Assembly (NCBI RefSeq): GCF_963921235.1
Contig: NC_086118.1
Coordinates: forward strand, 25,050,001 to 25,114,000
Direction of reading: 5' to 3'
Length of the DNA: 64,000 nucleotides
DNA from: Mobula hypostoma
Lineage: Eukaryota
Positions 26,531 through 40,021 of this stretch are shown in pieces (within the stretch, counting starts at the first letter, position 1; each line of letters opens with the position of its first letter). Both the position numbers and the translations under genes were made by a program. A model generated the notes under the pieces. The model saw only the letters and a list, made by a program, of their open reading frames with translations. It was not told where the DNA came from and did no database searches.

Positions 26531-26645
26531 GATAGATAGATAGATATACTTTATTGATCCCGAGGGAAATTGGGTTTCATTACAGCCGCACCAACCAAGA
26601 ATAGAGCATAAATGTAGCAGTACAAAAACCACAAACAATCAATCA
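26531..26645 (-). mobile_element. Short LINE 3' tail with (GATA)n microsatellite
   Basis: gatagatagatagatatactttattgatcccgagggaaattggg: antisense AATAAA plus a (tatc)n tail. Confidence 0.55.
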
Positions 26646-29600
26646 AGTGTTTGTAGTTTCAGTATGCATTCAGCAAATCATAAGCTTCTGACTGTATTTT
26701 GTAATAATTTTTCTATCTCAGTTTAATCTGATAGCACATAAAACTACTATGTGCCATTGGATTTTTAGGCTAGTATCTCGCTGGACGTCCCTACCTAGGT
26801 GAATGACAGCTTCAACCCAAGAGGAAGGAAGCCACAGATAAGCCTGATGATGAAATATGAATGAAAGGCTAAACCAAACACTGTCATTGGTCAAGGAGTC
26901 TGGTAATCAGAAATTTCACCAGACCTTTCTCAAACTAGTGAAAGATCCTTCAGCTGCTTTCAATGTCAACAGTTCCAGAAAGTAAGACATCATAATTTAA
27001 CAAGTCAAATATGCGTAGGATAAAAGTAACAATGTTTATGGGATGGAAGGTGCATCAACAAATTAAGTTAGTATCAAATCAGATAGTTGGAGGTTAAATA
27101 TTGAATGTTTTTTAGGTTCTTTCCTAATCTCACTTGCCTATTTATTGAAGCTATGGATGTGAAATTTAATTGAGCTTGTGGTATTTGTCCCGTGCCACAA
27201 CAGTCTCTATTGTAGGGAGATTATCTCCACCAGAAAGCAATGAAGATAATAGTTATTCCATAGGAAGTTCAGGGCAACTTCTTACTCAGTCTAACTGTCC
27301 TCGTTTTGCAGCCTTGTTTTCTCCAACTGCTGTGATGACCACCACAGCTTATCCCAATTGGCCACACAAGTTGCACCGTATCAGGTACACTCTCTTTGAC
27401 CTATCCATTCTACCTTCTCTGCATCTTAAACCTAACTTGTTTTCTGTCATCCAGTTTTGCCAAAGGGTCTTTTCAACCTGAAACATGAACCCTATACCAT
27501 TTCTGACCTGTAATTCCAGCAATTTCTGATTTTGTTAAAGTAAAATGCAACAAATGCAAACTTCAAGGAACCTCTCTGGAAATGCAAGATATCAATTTGG
27601 ACATCTAGAGCCACGTCACACAATCACAATGGTGATGCTCAGCTTCAGTGGGTTGAGAATGTACCAGCGGGCAGTGTTGTGCTTCTCACCCTGCCAGACT
27701 TAATGCAGCAGATGGTTTGCTCCAGGCTCTTTTCTCAGCACCTTGGCATTGCGTGTCATGCTTTATCTCCGTCCCCCAACACTGCCCCGGAGCACTAGGT
27801 CAACGGACTTTCAATTACTGCTCAGCTTCGTATACTGTCAGGCATTGCGTACTCCCTAGAGAAATCAGTGACCATAATTTGCTAGAGCTGAGGTAGCAAG
27901 TAATAATACTTTTTATTATTACTATTATTATTACAAACCTTCCACTGCTGTGGATTTTCTAGCATAAATTTTACAGAAACCTATTCCAAATCATTGGTGT
28001 TCTGTGATTCTTGTGGTTGTTAGTGTGAAATTGGGTGTAGCTGTGAAACTATCTAATATCACACAATATAAAAATTGATGGCAGTTCGTAATTCTTTTAC
28101 TCAGATCCATAACTCAGAAGTATTACATGTCAGGATTATTAGGGTTCCTGCCTAAACAAATATGTCCTTGAACTTTTCTATCACTCATAACAATCTTGCA
28201 TGATGGCAAACGATAATGTGAATGCTATAAAATGTGAATTATCTGTCACTTTTGTCCTCAGGTACCTTGCCCTGAGGTCATGAATACAAAATCGTGATTA
28301 CACGGAGAAGATTACAACATGTTTTTCGATTTCTGAATATTCCAAACATTGATTAAATTTAATGCAAATATTATTGGGGTTATTCAAACTGTCTAATAAA
28401 TGGATGATAATGTGATGCACTCAGCTTCTCGCGCCAAGCTCTCTATTCTTTGATTCCCTGCTTTATGTACAATAGAAACTGGTGCTGACCTTTATGCTCT
28501 ATATCTCAAAAACATTGTAAAGTGACAAGGATGAAACTGCACTTGTGAATAGTGAAATGTTGAGTTAAGAAACTACTGTTAACAAACTACTGCTGTCCTG
28601 AATGGGTTAATGTCACGCCCATTGTTGTTCACTATGATGCATGTGAGAAACCTGCTGCTGGAAACATTTCCTCATAGCTGGACGTTTGAGTGCCAGATAA
28701 ACAGTCTAATGAGGGAGTTTTTAAGTTCATTTAGTGCTAGGAGCCAAGAATTTGCAGCTGCAATCAGTTTCAAATTTGTTTTCTAATCCTGATAATTTTC
28801 TAAAGGCATACATGACAGAAAATATTATTTAACTTTGTTTTACAAAGGAATGGATAATCCTATAATGAGTTCACAAACATTGCAAATTAAGCAAATGATC
28901 CTTCAATATAGCTTTTCTCTGTTTCTGTTGTCTCTCTGTCATGAATCACATAATTGGTCCTTCACTAATCTGCCTTGCTGCTAGATTTCCTCTGGGTGGA
29001 AACAAAATTCTTACAAATGGCTATTTTTATGTCTGCTGTGCTCAGTATCTTTTTAAGGGGCAGAAGAAAATCTTGCAGACACTGTTAGCTTTTTGCTACC
29101 TGCATGCGAAGCCATTAAATCAATGAAGAACAGGATCAGTCACTTAGCAATCAAATCCAGCAACAAACAAAAATGTTGCGTTATGGAATTAAATATCAAA
29201 GGAAAAAATATGCGGGGAAAATCAGGGGAAAATTCTTCCATGAAGTCTGAATCCTTTTTGAGTCCAACACGTGCCTGACATGGAAATGAGACATGCAACA
29301 GTGTCCAATAGTGCACAATATATGTATACATGGCAGTCTGGGGTTTTAATTTATGCTCGTGTGACTCATAGAAGGCATGGATCACTTCTGAAGATAAAGG
29401 ACAATAGATATAATTCGTGTGAAGTCTGCTTTGGTGCTACTGCCATTGAAATAGCTTTCAGTGCCTGCAAAGATTGAGTAAAAACCCTCACAGTTCAACT
29501 GCGTTCACATTGTGCTTCCTCTGTTCAAAGCTATTTTTATTTGGTGTCATCATCCAACCACTAGAGGGAGTTGCATGATCCAACTGCAACGTCTCTTGTA

Positions 29601-32600
29601 AGTCACTTTCAGGACAAGATCTTTCTTTTTAAAGTTGATGAAAATTTAAAGATATGACTTACAGTCAAAAACTACAATGCTACAACAAAGTCAGCAAAAT
29701 TAACATTTCTATAGAGTCAATCTATTTAGTACTTGCCTCGCTCATTATGAATGATACAGGTCATTTTATACTGGTATTTTAGCAGTAGGTGGGGACATCT
29801 CTTCTTCAGGTCTGTCTTCTTTCACTGCATCACTGAGTACATTTTTGTGTGTCCTTGACCAAGGTTCATTTAGCTAGAGCCAGGGATTGTGAGGCCCTTC
29901 TGGTGCATTTTGGTAATGTCCTTGTTATTATATACAATTATTCACCGTGTCATAGAAATGCTTATCTGTTCTTGGCCACCAGAAAAATACTTTTGTCCAC
30001 TTGGTAGACACAAGATATACCCTCATGCACTCGATTCCGAGTAGCTGCTTTTCCTTGGTTTGGAATGGCAACTGTGGGTACCCCAAAGAAACATTGCATT
30101 CTGCGTGCTGATGAGACTTTGTGTGTTGTGACATAAGGTGGGGGGAGAAGAGTAAAAGAGTCACACTTAGTCATGGCAGCAAGCTGCATGTTGTGACTGA
30201 CGCATTGCCCATGTGTTCTCATATGCTCTCAGTATTTGTTTCTCATGTGGAGTGGGGACAGATGGGAGTTCATAGAGTTCCATGTCCTGGTTGTGCAGTC
30301 TATATACATCTATATATCTTTTTTCTCTCTTTCTTTCTCAATATAGTCCTATACAGCAGGGGTTACTAGCCATCAGCACAGAGGTCATTACCAGATAAGT
30401 TAGAGATACGTTAGGGAAGTTCTGTTCTGTGAGAATGAAGTTTGCATGTACAATAATACAATAACCAAACCTTCTTTTAAATTTCAAATAGCGTATCCGT
30501 GTTTTTGTTGTGCATCAAGGTTCATTTCGATGTAGCAAAATTACAACAAACCTGCAAACCGATTTGCTAAGTGAAGCAGCAACTGCTTTGCTGGTTCATA
30601 AAATTCAAGAGGCTGTGAAATGAGCGGCAACTGCTCCAACTCTCTGACCATTCCATGTTGCCTCGTCCGCCTGTATGTTGCCTTGTGATTTAGCAACTCG
30701 TATAGAGGTCTAAAGGTGACAGGAAACATCTAGGCTAGTTATGGTGTCCTAAAGAGAGCTTAAGCTCTGTAAAGATGGCGAGATTAGCTGCATCCAACAT
30801 TGTTTTGACCTTGACCACAACTGTCTGAAGTTCTCCTGATCCTTCTCATAATTAAAATAGACCATTTTTTGAGACAGTATAAACAAAATTCCCGTAACCA
30901 ATCTTCAGTCTCTCAGAATTGGTTAACTTTCTAGTTTCTCCTTGTGCTCCTGTCCTGATTCGTATTAATGCTGTAAACCCTCAGTATTGCAGACCTGTGC
31001 TTGGTTGAATGCCGTTCACATTGCCTGGGAACCACCTGATGTTCACTTCCTTTTCATCAAATAGCCTCCTCTAAGTTGCACTACTGGGAATCCATGCATT
31101 CTCTGTTTACGCAGTTTTTAGCAAACCATTTCAAATTTGCTCTGCTCTGCTTGTAATACTTTTACATGGCTGCTGGTTCTGTTTATTACATTTGTCTTGG
31201 TGCTAAGTTTAATAAACAAAGTCTTGGTGCACTGTAAGACTCTGGGTGGTGCAGTCATGCTGTTTAATCAACCGTTCAAGTACTTTGTTGCATGCTTTGT
31301 TTGGAGACACCAAAGATTTTACCATGTCTGAGCAAAATTGACTTTTTTTCTTCCTTCTGCAATATTATTTACAGCAAACAAATCTTCCATCCTTCCACAT
31401 GTTCATTTCCTGACTCAAACTATTGAGAACAATTGAAATATCAATTGTGGTCACCTTGACTTCCACAACACAACTGATGTAAGTTTCAAAAACAAATCAG
31501 TTAAATCCATTTTTTTTCTCAGCAACTGGAGCTCAACAGCTCCAATGGAAAGAAAAATAAGATCTCACAAACTATTCCAGTTAACTGTCTTTAATTTTTG
31601 TTATCAATAATTACAGCAATTTTTAATGTCTGCAAACGGTATTTAGAACAATTGCAATTCTGCAGAGTTTCACCATTTTCTTTCTTTGTGTAAAGCCTGT
31701 CAATTTTGTGTTTTCATCCAGCCACTAGATGAAGTTGAACAATAGAATCACAAGGTCTCTTAAAGTTATTACCATGATATTACAGTTACATAAATGGGAG
31801 CCTTCTGACATCAGTCTGTGAGGTCTAGCATTGGACAGTTCCTTCAGATGGACTAATAATTGGGTGGGGGCGGTGGTGTGATGGACCACTCATGAATTGC
31901 ACCCAGATTGTTTGCTTTCCAGCAGATCACAAACCTCTATACTGTAAACCCCAACAACACTATAGGTCTTGATCTATAATTGATGTTTCAAGCCTCCCAC
32001 CACTCGGTCCGGCCTCAATCCACTGAACTTCTCTGCTGAAACTACCGTAGCATTCCCTTCTGATATGTTCCCACAACCAAATGTACCAGCCACCATCTCT
32101 CTTGCAGACCACGGCCAATTTCAAGTCAAATATGCTTGGGTTGCCTTTGGGTCCATTTTTGATTATGATCCTGTGAAGCAACATAAAATGTTTCCCTACA
32201 TTTGAGATGCTTTTATAAATACAAGCTGCTTTCATGCTGCTGCTGATGATTACAAGGAGTTTTGCATTTGGTTCTCCGGGTATAATGGACGCTCTGCAGA
32301 AGCATTTATATGAGCCCTGTACTCATGGGAGGATTAATGATACTCCATGGAAATATGTTTTTCATATGTAGTAGGCAAAATAGATGAACTCTTCAGAATG
32401 TGAAAACCATAAGGATCTGAATTGAACTCTAACATAGCTTGCAATTGAATATGTTGTATATGCATTTCTTATTAAGCATTGAATAATCCTCCTGCAACTT
32501 CCAAAGATCATCTTCGATTTTATTTGCTTTCTAATTCTTGCTGTATTTGAGCATTATGTGTAGCCAAAAACTAACTAAACGATAGGCAACGTCACCTTGG

Positions 32601-33497
32601 GCGATTTTGAAGCTTCCACAAATTAATATTTGATATTTGCATATCTGTTGCCCTTATGATTTAAATGTGGTTAGAGAACCTCTAATAAAGAGTTCTTTTT
32701 AATCCTATTGGGATGTAGCAGAATACTACACTATTACTGAAATCAAAATGATTTGTGTCTCCTTCTGTGGTAGGATTTTTATAATGTTATGAATTCATAC
32801 AGGGAATGAGATGAGTCAAATGGTTATTGTCTCTGCTATATGATGCTTTGACCTCCCATTTTGACCCCTATCTTGTTTTGACCCCTGTACCTGAACAGCT
32901 ATAAACTATCAAAAAACAGTGGGAACCTTGATTGTAGTAGTGTAATTTAACATGTTCTCTTTGATAATATGCACATACTCATAGTTCCAAAGCTAATTGC
33001 TTTGACCAAGATTGTGGTGCCTTCAAGAATATATTAAAAGTACAACGGATCTACTGGTGCAAAATATGGAAAATTCCACAGATTCCAGGTGGCATAGATG
33101 TGCAGAAAATTCAGTGTGAACACTGCTTTTAGGAAACTTAAGAAAATATTTACAAGTGGGTGGGTTTTAGTTGTAGGCGTCAAGCGCCATGGTTATTGGT
33201 GGTGATGACACTACCTGCTGTCCCATTTTACATACAGTAATTTTGCATTGCTTCGTATTACCAAGGATATCGGGAGAATCATTACATGCTCAACCTTTTA
33301 TTGTCTAAATATGACAGTAATTTTAAAATATAGGCTTTTGGGTATTTTAAGTACTTGATAATGCTGACTGACATCTACAATAAAGCAAGACAGCAAGAAC
33401 GTGGACCCACCAGACAAATGCACACGTTGCTCAGTCTATGGTTTTGATTTCCTTTGGCAGATCTGAAAGTAAATCATTCTCAGTCACAAGGAACTAA

Positions 33498-33782
33498 ATT
33501 AAAGGCATTCGTTAGTCTTGCGAGACCGTGGATCTGCACCTGGAAAGTCTTTACTCTCTGGGTCTGGGCAAGGTTGTATGGAAGACCAGCAGTTGCCCAT
33601 GCCGCCAGTTTCCCCTCTCTACGACACCGATGTTGTCCAAGGGAAGGGCAAGGGCCAATACAGCTTGGCACCAATGTCATCAAGGCATTGCTCAAGGACA
33701 CAACACGCTGCCTCGGCTGGGGATCGAACTGGCAACCTTCAGGTTGCTAGTCCAATGCCTTAACCACTTGGCCACGTGCCCA
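33498..33782 (-). mobile_element. tRNA-derived SINE with CORE-like segment and RTE-like tail
   Basis: Minus strand: ggcacgTGGCCAAGTGGttaagg (A box) ... GTTCGATCC (B box) ... gtgtccttgagcaa ... atccacggtctcgcaagactaacgaatgcc. Confidence 0.7.
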
Positions 33783-34569
33783 CACAAGGAACTACAAACA
33801 AGACAAAAAAGCTGTTTCTGGGAGCTAATTGCCTGCACTGTTTCCTGCTACAACAATGACTACCTTCAAAATTACTTAAATCGAGAAAAGCATTTCAGGA
33901 CCCTGCAAAGGGATACAATAACTATATCATAAATGTAAATAGTTTTATTTCTTGTGTGTAGCTTTACTTATCATGAGTATTTTCTGTGACATAAATGTGT
34001 CTCAGGTCGTTGGAGACCTTTATACATGAGAAAAAATGGGAACCAACTGCAGCACTTCCCCAAAGTCTTGGAAGGGCAAGTAAATTGCAAAAGCCCCAAA
34101 TGCCTCCTGGCTCCTAAGTGTCACTTTTATTGTTATAGCATTTAGTTCTCTCAGATTACAGTAATCTCTCAGCAAAATTAACTTAAGCCCTGACTTGACA
34201 TCTTGCTGAGCTGTTGTCCAGGTAAGTAGGTCTCAGTTTCAAAAAAACATTTTCTGTCCTTATGTTATTTATTTTAAGTTGAGAAGGTCAGTCACTTTGC
34301 ATTTTCTATAAAGGTTATTCTGATCTTGCTTTAAGGAACTACAAACTCAACAGTTCCTTAAGTGTAATTTTAATGTTTCCAGCACAGCAGAGCAGCAATC
34401 TAGCGTAACAATAAATGCTTTATTTTATTTGATTCATACTCCTTCTTATCTTGGACAGTGAGTGAAAAAAATCTGAATCAATATTTTCATTAGTTACCCT
34501 TGCGGGATCAGTACATGTTATATAGATTTTCAACTTTACTTATAAACACAATTGAACGAACTTCTTCAC

Positions 34570-35738
34570 ATACTTTATACTTTATAGTCGCCAAACAATT
34601 GATACTAGAACATATAATCATCACATCAATGTTTGATTCTGTGCTTCCCGCTCCCTAGATTATAAATATTAAATAGTAAAAATTAATAAATATTATACAT
34701 GTAAATTATAAATCATAAATAGAAAATAGAAAAATGGAAAGTAAGGTAGTGCAAAAAAAACCAAGAGGCAGGTCCGGATATTTGGAGGGTACGGCCCAGA
34801 TCCAGGTCAGGATCCGTTCAGCAGTCTTATGGCAGTTGGAAAGAAGCTGTTCCCAAATCTGGCCGTACAAGTCTTCAAGCTCCTGAGCCTTCTCCCGGAG
34901 GGAAGAGGGACAAAAAGCGTGTTGGCTGGGTGGGTCGTGTCCTTGATTATCCTGGCAGCACTGTTCCAACAGCGTGCGGTGTAAGGTGAGTCCAAGGACA
35001 GAAGATTGGTTTGTGTGATGTGCTGCGCCGTGTTCACGATCTTCTGCAGCTTCTTTTGGTCTTCGACAGGAAACTTCCATACCAGGTTGTGATGCACTCT
35101 AGAAGAATGCTTTCTACGGTGCTCCTATAAAAATTAGTGAAGGTTTTAGGGGTCAGGCCAAATTTCTTTAGTTTTCTCAGGAAGTAAAGGCGCTGGTGGG
35201 CCTTCTTGGCAGTGAACTCTGCTTGGTTGGACCAAGTCAGGTCATTTGTGATATTGACCCCGAGGAACTTAAAGCTTTTGACCTGTTCCACTTGCGCACC
35301 ACCGATGTAAATTGGGTCGTGCGGTCCGCTACTCCTTCTGAAGTCAACAACCAATTCCTTCATCTTGCTGATGTTGAAGATAGGTTATTGTCTTCGCACC
35401 ATGCCACCAGGTTCTTAATTTCCTCTCTGTACTCAAACTCATCACTACCCGAGATACGGCCTAGAATTGTTGTGTCATCAGCAAACTTATATATTGAGTT
35501 TGATGGAAGCTTGGCTACACAATCATGGGTGTACAGTGGGTACAGCAGGGGGCTGAGTACACAGCCTTGTGGGGCACCGGTGCTCAGAGTGATTGTAGAG
35601 GAGAGCTTGTCCCCTATTTTTACAGCCTGGGTCCTGTCTGTGAGGAAGTTGAAGATCCAGCTGCAGATCTGAGTACTAAGGCCCAGGTTCCGGAGCTTAG
35701 GAATCGCTTTATTTGGAATGATGGTATTAAAGGCAGAG
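34570..35738 (-). mobile_element. Rex/Babar-clade LINE, 5'-truncated, frameshifted RT
   Basis: [78 protein letters not shown]; (aagtata)n-like tail at 34570. Confidence 0.92.
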
Positions 35739-37481
35739 TTTTTCTTCAGGTCCATGAGAGGACTTATTGGAAAAAATCTCATAAATCCTGTCATAACTTG
35801 AAGTGAATGTAAGAGACGGTTAGAAAAAAAAGTCTTCACTGGATTTTACAAGAGGCTATTTTTATTTTTGAAGAAACCCTTACATTACCTGCTTATATTC
35901 TTTTAAATGCTGAAACTTAGAGTAACAGCTTTGAAATTTAATTGGATATGTAGTGAAGTCCGATTGCAATGAAAAACTTTAATTTTACAAGTTCTGCCAG
36001 CAGGTATCAACTACTACAGTATAGTGATTATATTCATTTATCTCCAACTAAGCTAAAAAGAGCTGATCCAGAAAACAATGTCCCATTTCAAGGGGAATGG
36101 TGAATGTGTGTGTTGCTCTCATTTCAAGAAACATTTGCTCAATTTAGATTTTTTTCATCTGGTTCCTTGCATTCCTTCATTATCCAGACAAATTATATGA
36201 TACAAGATGATGAAGAAAAATCTGGGGTCTGGATCCCCTTTCTAATGTAGAAACCCCATTGCCTTGAATTTCATATTTTATATAGGGAAAATACAGGTTG
36301 CCTATAATTAACCAATCTTCCCATTCCACTTTATTGTCACAAATGTCAGATTTTTCTTTGTACGTGCAGATCTTCAAACACCTCTGAAATGGCATGTCCA
36401 TTTGCACTGAAAAATGTAAAATGCAACAATGAATTTCAAAAGTAGACTTTTATGTAAAAGATTATGTTTCAAGTAAATACTTAATATTCCCGATTAATGA
36501 ATAGATATAATCAACCATAGTCTAACAATTCTTAGTAAATTTTGAGTAACTTAATTATGCTGGCACCAACTGGATGTAATACTGTATACTCATACCTGAT
36601 ATAAATGTCAATGATGCTTTATTGAAGAAACGTGAAGAATGCAGATGCTTTGTGAATGATCCATCTCCATTATGATGAAGGTAGTTTGCAGGACAAATGG
36701 TTTGAAACACATGGGTACTTCGCATTTATTTACTTACATTTACATTCAGTACTTAATCTTCATCCTTTTTTTACATACAAATTAATATTTGGATGAAAAA
36801 AAAACATACCTATCGATGTGTGTGCCCATCCACAAAAATCAGCCTGATGTCCAACCCAGTTCAATACCATATCCAAACGTTCCACCTCCCACATCTGCCG
36901 GACCTTATGTGGTTCCTTGTCCTATGAGAGGAATTAGAATCACACGTAAGGCACTTGGTTACATTTCCTTGTCGAAGCCATGCCTTCAGTTCTCACCGTA
37001 TGGAGCCTGTGATTTACCTGAATCACCCATGATATAGTGGCTGTTCGTTAAGCCAGCTTCAGAGAACTTTCATTAACGTTGCAGTGCCATCGTTGGTCAA
37101 ATGAAAAATAGATAAAAGCTACAAAGCATACTCAGTGTGATGACTAGCGCAGAGATAAAGATGAGAAAAATACCCAAGAAGATGGTTCAGGTTGCAGATA
37201 TTTCTTAAGAGCTGCAGGGTTCATAGCAGCAGTAAATAAGATTAGCCTCTCAATAGTACGCCCATGCAGTGTTGACCATATGGAGGAAGGACCATGTATG
37301 AATATGCCTGGATGGCTTAAAAAGATGTGAGGGAGATGGGTCAAAACAGAGAAGCTAGAACTGGGACTCACTTTCTCAAAGAGCAGCAAGTCATTTAGGA
37401 CTAAAAAGCCTTCCTATAGATCGGAGTATAAGAAAGTAGGAACAGGAGTTGGCTAGTCAGCTCTTCAAGCCCTGATCTAGT

Positions 37482-39708
37482 TAGATAGATAGAATAGTAC
37501 AGCACAGTACAGGCCCTTAAGCCCACAATATTGTGCCGACCCTCAAATCCTGCCTCCCATATAAGCCCCCACCTAAGATTCCTCCATATACCTGTCTAGT
37601 AGTCTCTTAAACTTCACTAGTGTATCTGCCTCCACCACTGACTCAGGCAGTGCATTCCATGCACCAACCACTCTCTGAGTAAAAAACCTTCCTCTAATAT
37701 CCCCCTTGAACTTCCCACCCCTTACCTTAAAGCCATGTCCTCTTGTATTGAGCAGTGGTGCCCTGGGGAAGAGGCGCTGGCTATCCACTCTATCTATTCC
37801 TCTTATTATCTTGTACACCTCTATCATGTCTCCTCTCATCCTCCTTCTCTCCAAAAAGTAAAGCCCTAGCTCCCTTAATCTCTGATCATAATTCATACTT
37901 TCTAAACCAGGCAGCATCCTGGTAAATCTCCTCTGTACCCTTTCCAATGCTTCCACATCCTGCCTATAGTGAGGTGACCAGAACTGGACACAGTACTCCA
38001 AGTGTGGCCTAACCAGAGTTTTATAGAGCTGCATCATTACATCGCGACTCTTAAACTCTATCCCTCAACTTATGAAAGCTAACACCCCATAAGCTTTCTT
38101 AACTACCCTATCCACCTGTGAGGCAACTTTCAGGGATCTGTGGACATGTACCCCGAGATCCCTCTGCTCCTCCACACTACCAAGTATCCTGCCATTTACT
38201 TTGTACTCTGCCTTGGAGTTTGTCCTTCCAAAGTGTACCACCTCACACTTCTCCAGGTTGAACTCCATCTGCCACTTCTCAGCCCACTTCTGCATCCTAT
38301 CAATGTCTCTTTGCAATCTTTGACAATCCTCTACACTATCTACAACACCACCAACCTTTGTGTCATCTGCAAACTTGCCAACTCACCCTTCTACACCCAC
38401 ATCCAGGTCGTTAATAAAAATCACGAAAAGTAGAGGTCCCAGAACAGATCCTTGTGGGACACCACTAGTCACAATCCTCCAATCTGAATGTACTCCCTCC
38501 ACCACCACCCTCTGCCTTCTGCAGGCAAGCCAATTCTGAATCCACCTGGCCAAACTTCCCTGGATCCCATGCCTTCTAACTTCCTGAATAAGCCTACCGT
38601 GTGGAACCTTGTCAAATGCCTTACTAAAATCCATATAGATCACATCCACTGCACTACCCTCATCTATATGCCTGGTCACCTCCTCAAAGAACTCTATCAG
38701 GCTTGTTAGACATGATCTGCCCTTCACAAAGCCATGCTGACTGTCCCTGATCAGACCATGATTCTCTAAATGCCTATAGATCCTATCTCTAAGAATCTTT
38801 TCCAACAGCTTTCCCACCACAGACGTAAGGCTCACTGGTCTATAATTACCCGGACTATCCCTACTACCTTTTTTGAACAAGGAAACAACATTCGCCTCCC
38901 TCCAATCCTCCGGTCCCATTCCCGTGGACAACGAGGACATAAGGATCCTAGCCAAAGGCTCAGCAATCTCTTATCTCGCCTCGTGGAGCAGCCTGGGGGA
39001 ATATTCCGTCAGGCCCCGGGGACTTATCTGTCCTAATGTATTTTAACAACTCCAACACCTCCTCTCCCTTAATATCAACATGCTCCAGAACGTCAACCTC
39101 ACTCATATTGTCCTCACCATCATCAAGTTCCCTCTCATTGGTGAATACCGAAGAGAAGTATTCATTGAAGACTTCGCTCACTTCCACAGCCTCCAGGCAC
39201 ATCTTCCCATCTTTATCTGTAATCGGTCCTACCTTCACTCCTGTGATCCTTTTTCTCTTCACATAATTGAAGAATGCCTTGGGGTTTTCATTTACCCTAC
39301 TCGCCAAGGCCTTCTCATGCCCCCTTCTTGTTCTTCTCAGCCCCTTCTTAAGCTCCTTTCTTGCTTCCCTATATTCCTCAATGGACCCATCTGATCCTTG
39401 CTTCCTAAACCTCATGTATGCTGCCTTCTTCCACCTGACTAGATTTTCCACCTCACTTGTCACCCATGGTTCCTTCACCCTCCATTCTTTATCTTCCTCT
39501 CACCAGGACAAATTTATCCCTTACATCCCGCAAGAGATCTCTAAACATCGACCACATGTCCATAGTACATTTCCCTGCAAAAACGTCATCCCAGTTCACA
39601 CCCGCCAGTTCTAGCCTTATAGCCTCATAATTTGCCTTTCCCCAATTAATAATTTTCCTGTCCTCTTTGATTCTATCCTTTTCCATGATAAATATAAAGG
39701 CCAGGGAG
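37482..39708 (-). mobile_element. CR1 LINE (subfamily A), 5'-truncated, young
   Basis: ORFs 38960..39478, 38383..38955, 38065..38316 and 37573..38037 encode CR1 RT ([29 protein letters not shown]). Near-identical to 44523-46832. Confidence 0.97.
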
Positions 39709-40021
39709 ACCTTTCTCTTCTGTCAATTTCCCCATAGCTTTTTAATTACTGCTATGAACTAACATCTACAATATTCTTTAAGAGTGAGTTCCAGAGATTC
39801 ACCGCCTTCTGTGAAAAGTTGTTGCTTTACATTTTAATTTTATATTAATACCCCCCTGAATCTGTAACTTAGAAACTGATGAAACATTGGAATTCTCTCT
39901 TTTGGAGGGCTCTGGAGACTCAGACATTGTTTGTATTCAAAGCTGAGTCTGTAAGATATTACTCAAAGCTGAGATAGTGGTAGATAACCTCTTAATAGTT
40001 TATTTTGTTTGCAGATTCGAC

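Noticed and set aside
37150..37200. Faint resemblance to exon 2 downstream of the 36 kb duplicate block
   Set aside because: Similarity is limited to purine-rich composition, with no polypyrimidine tract; not distinguishable from chance by eye.
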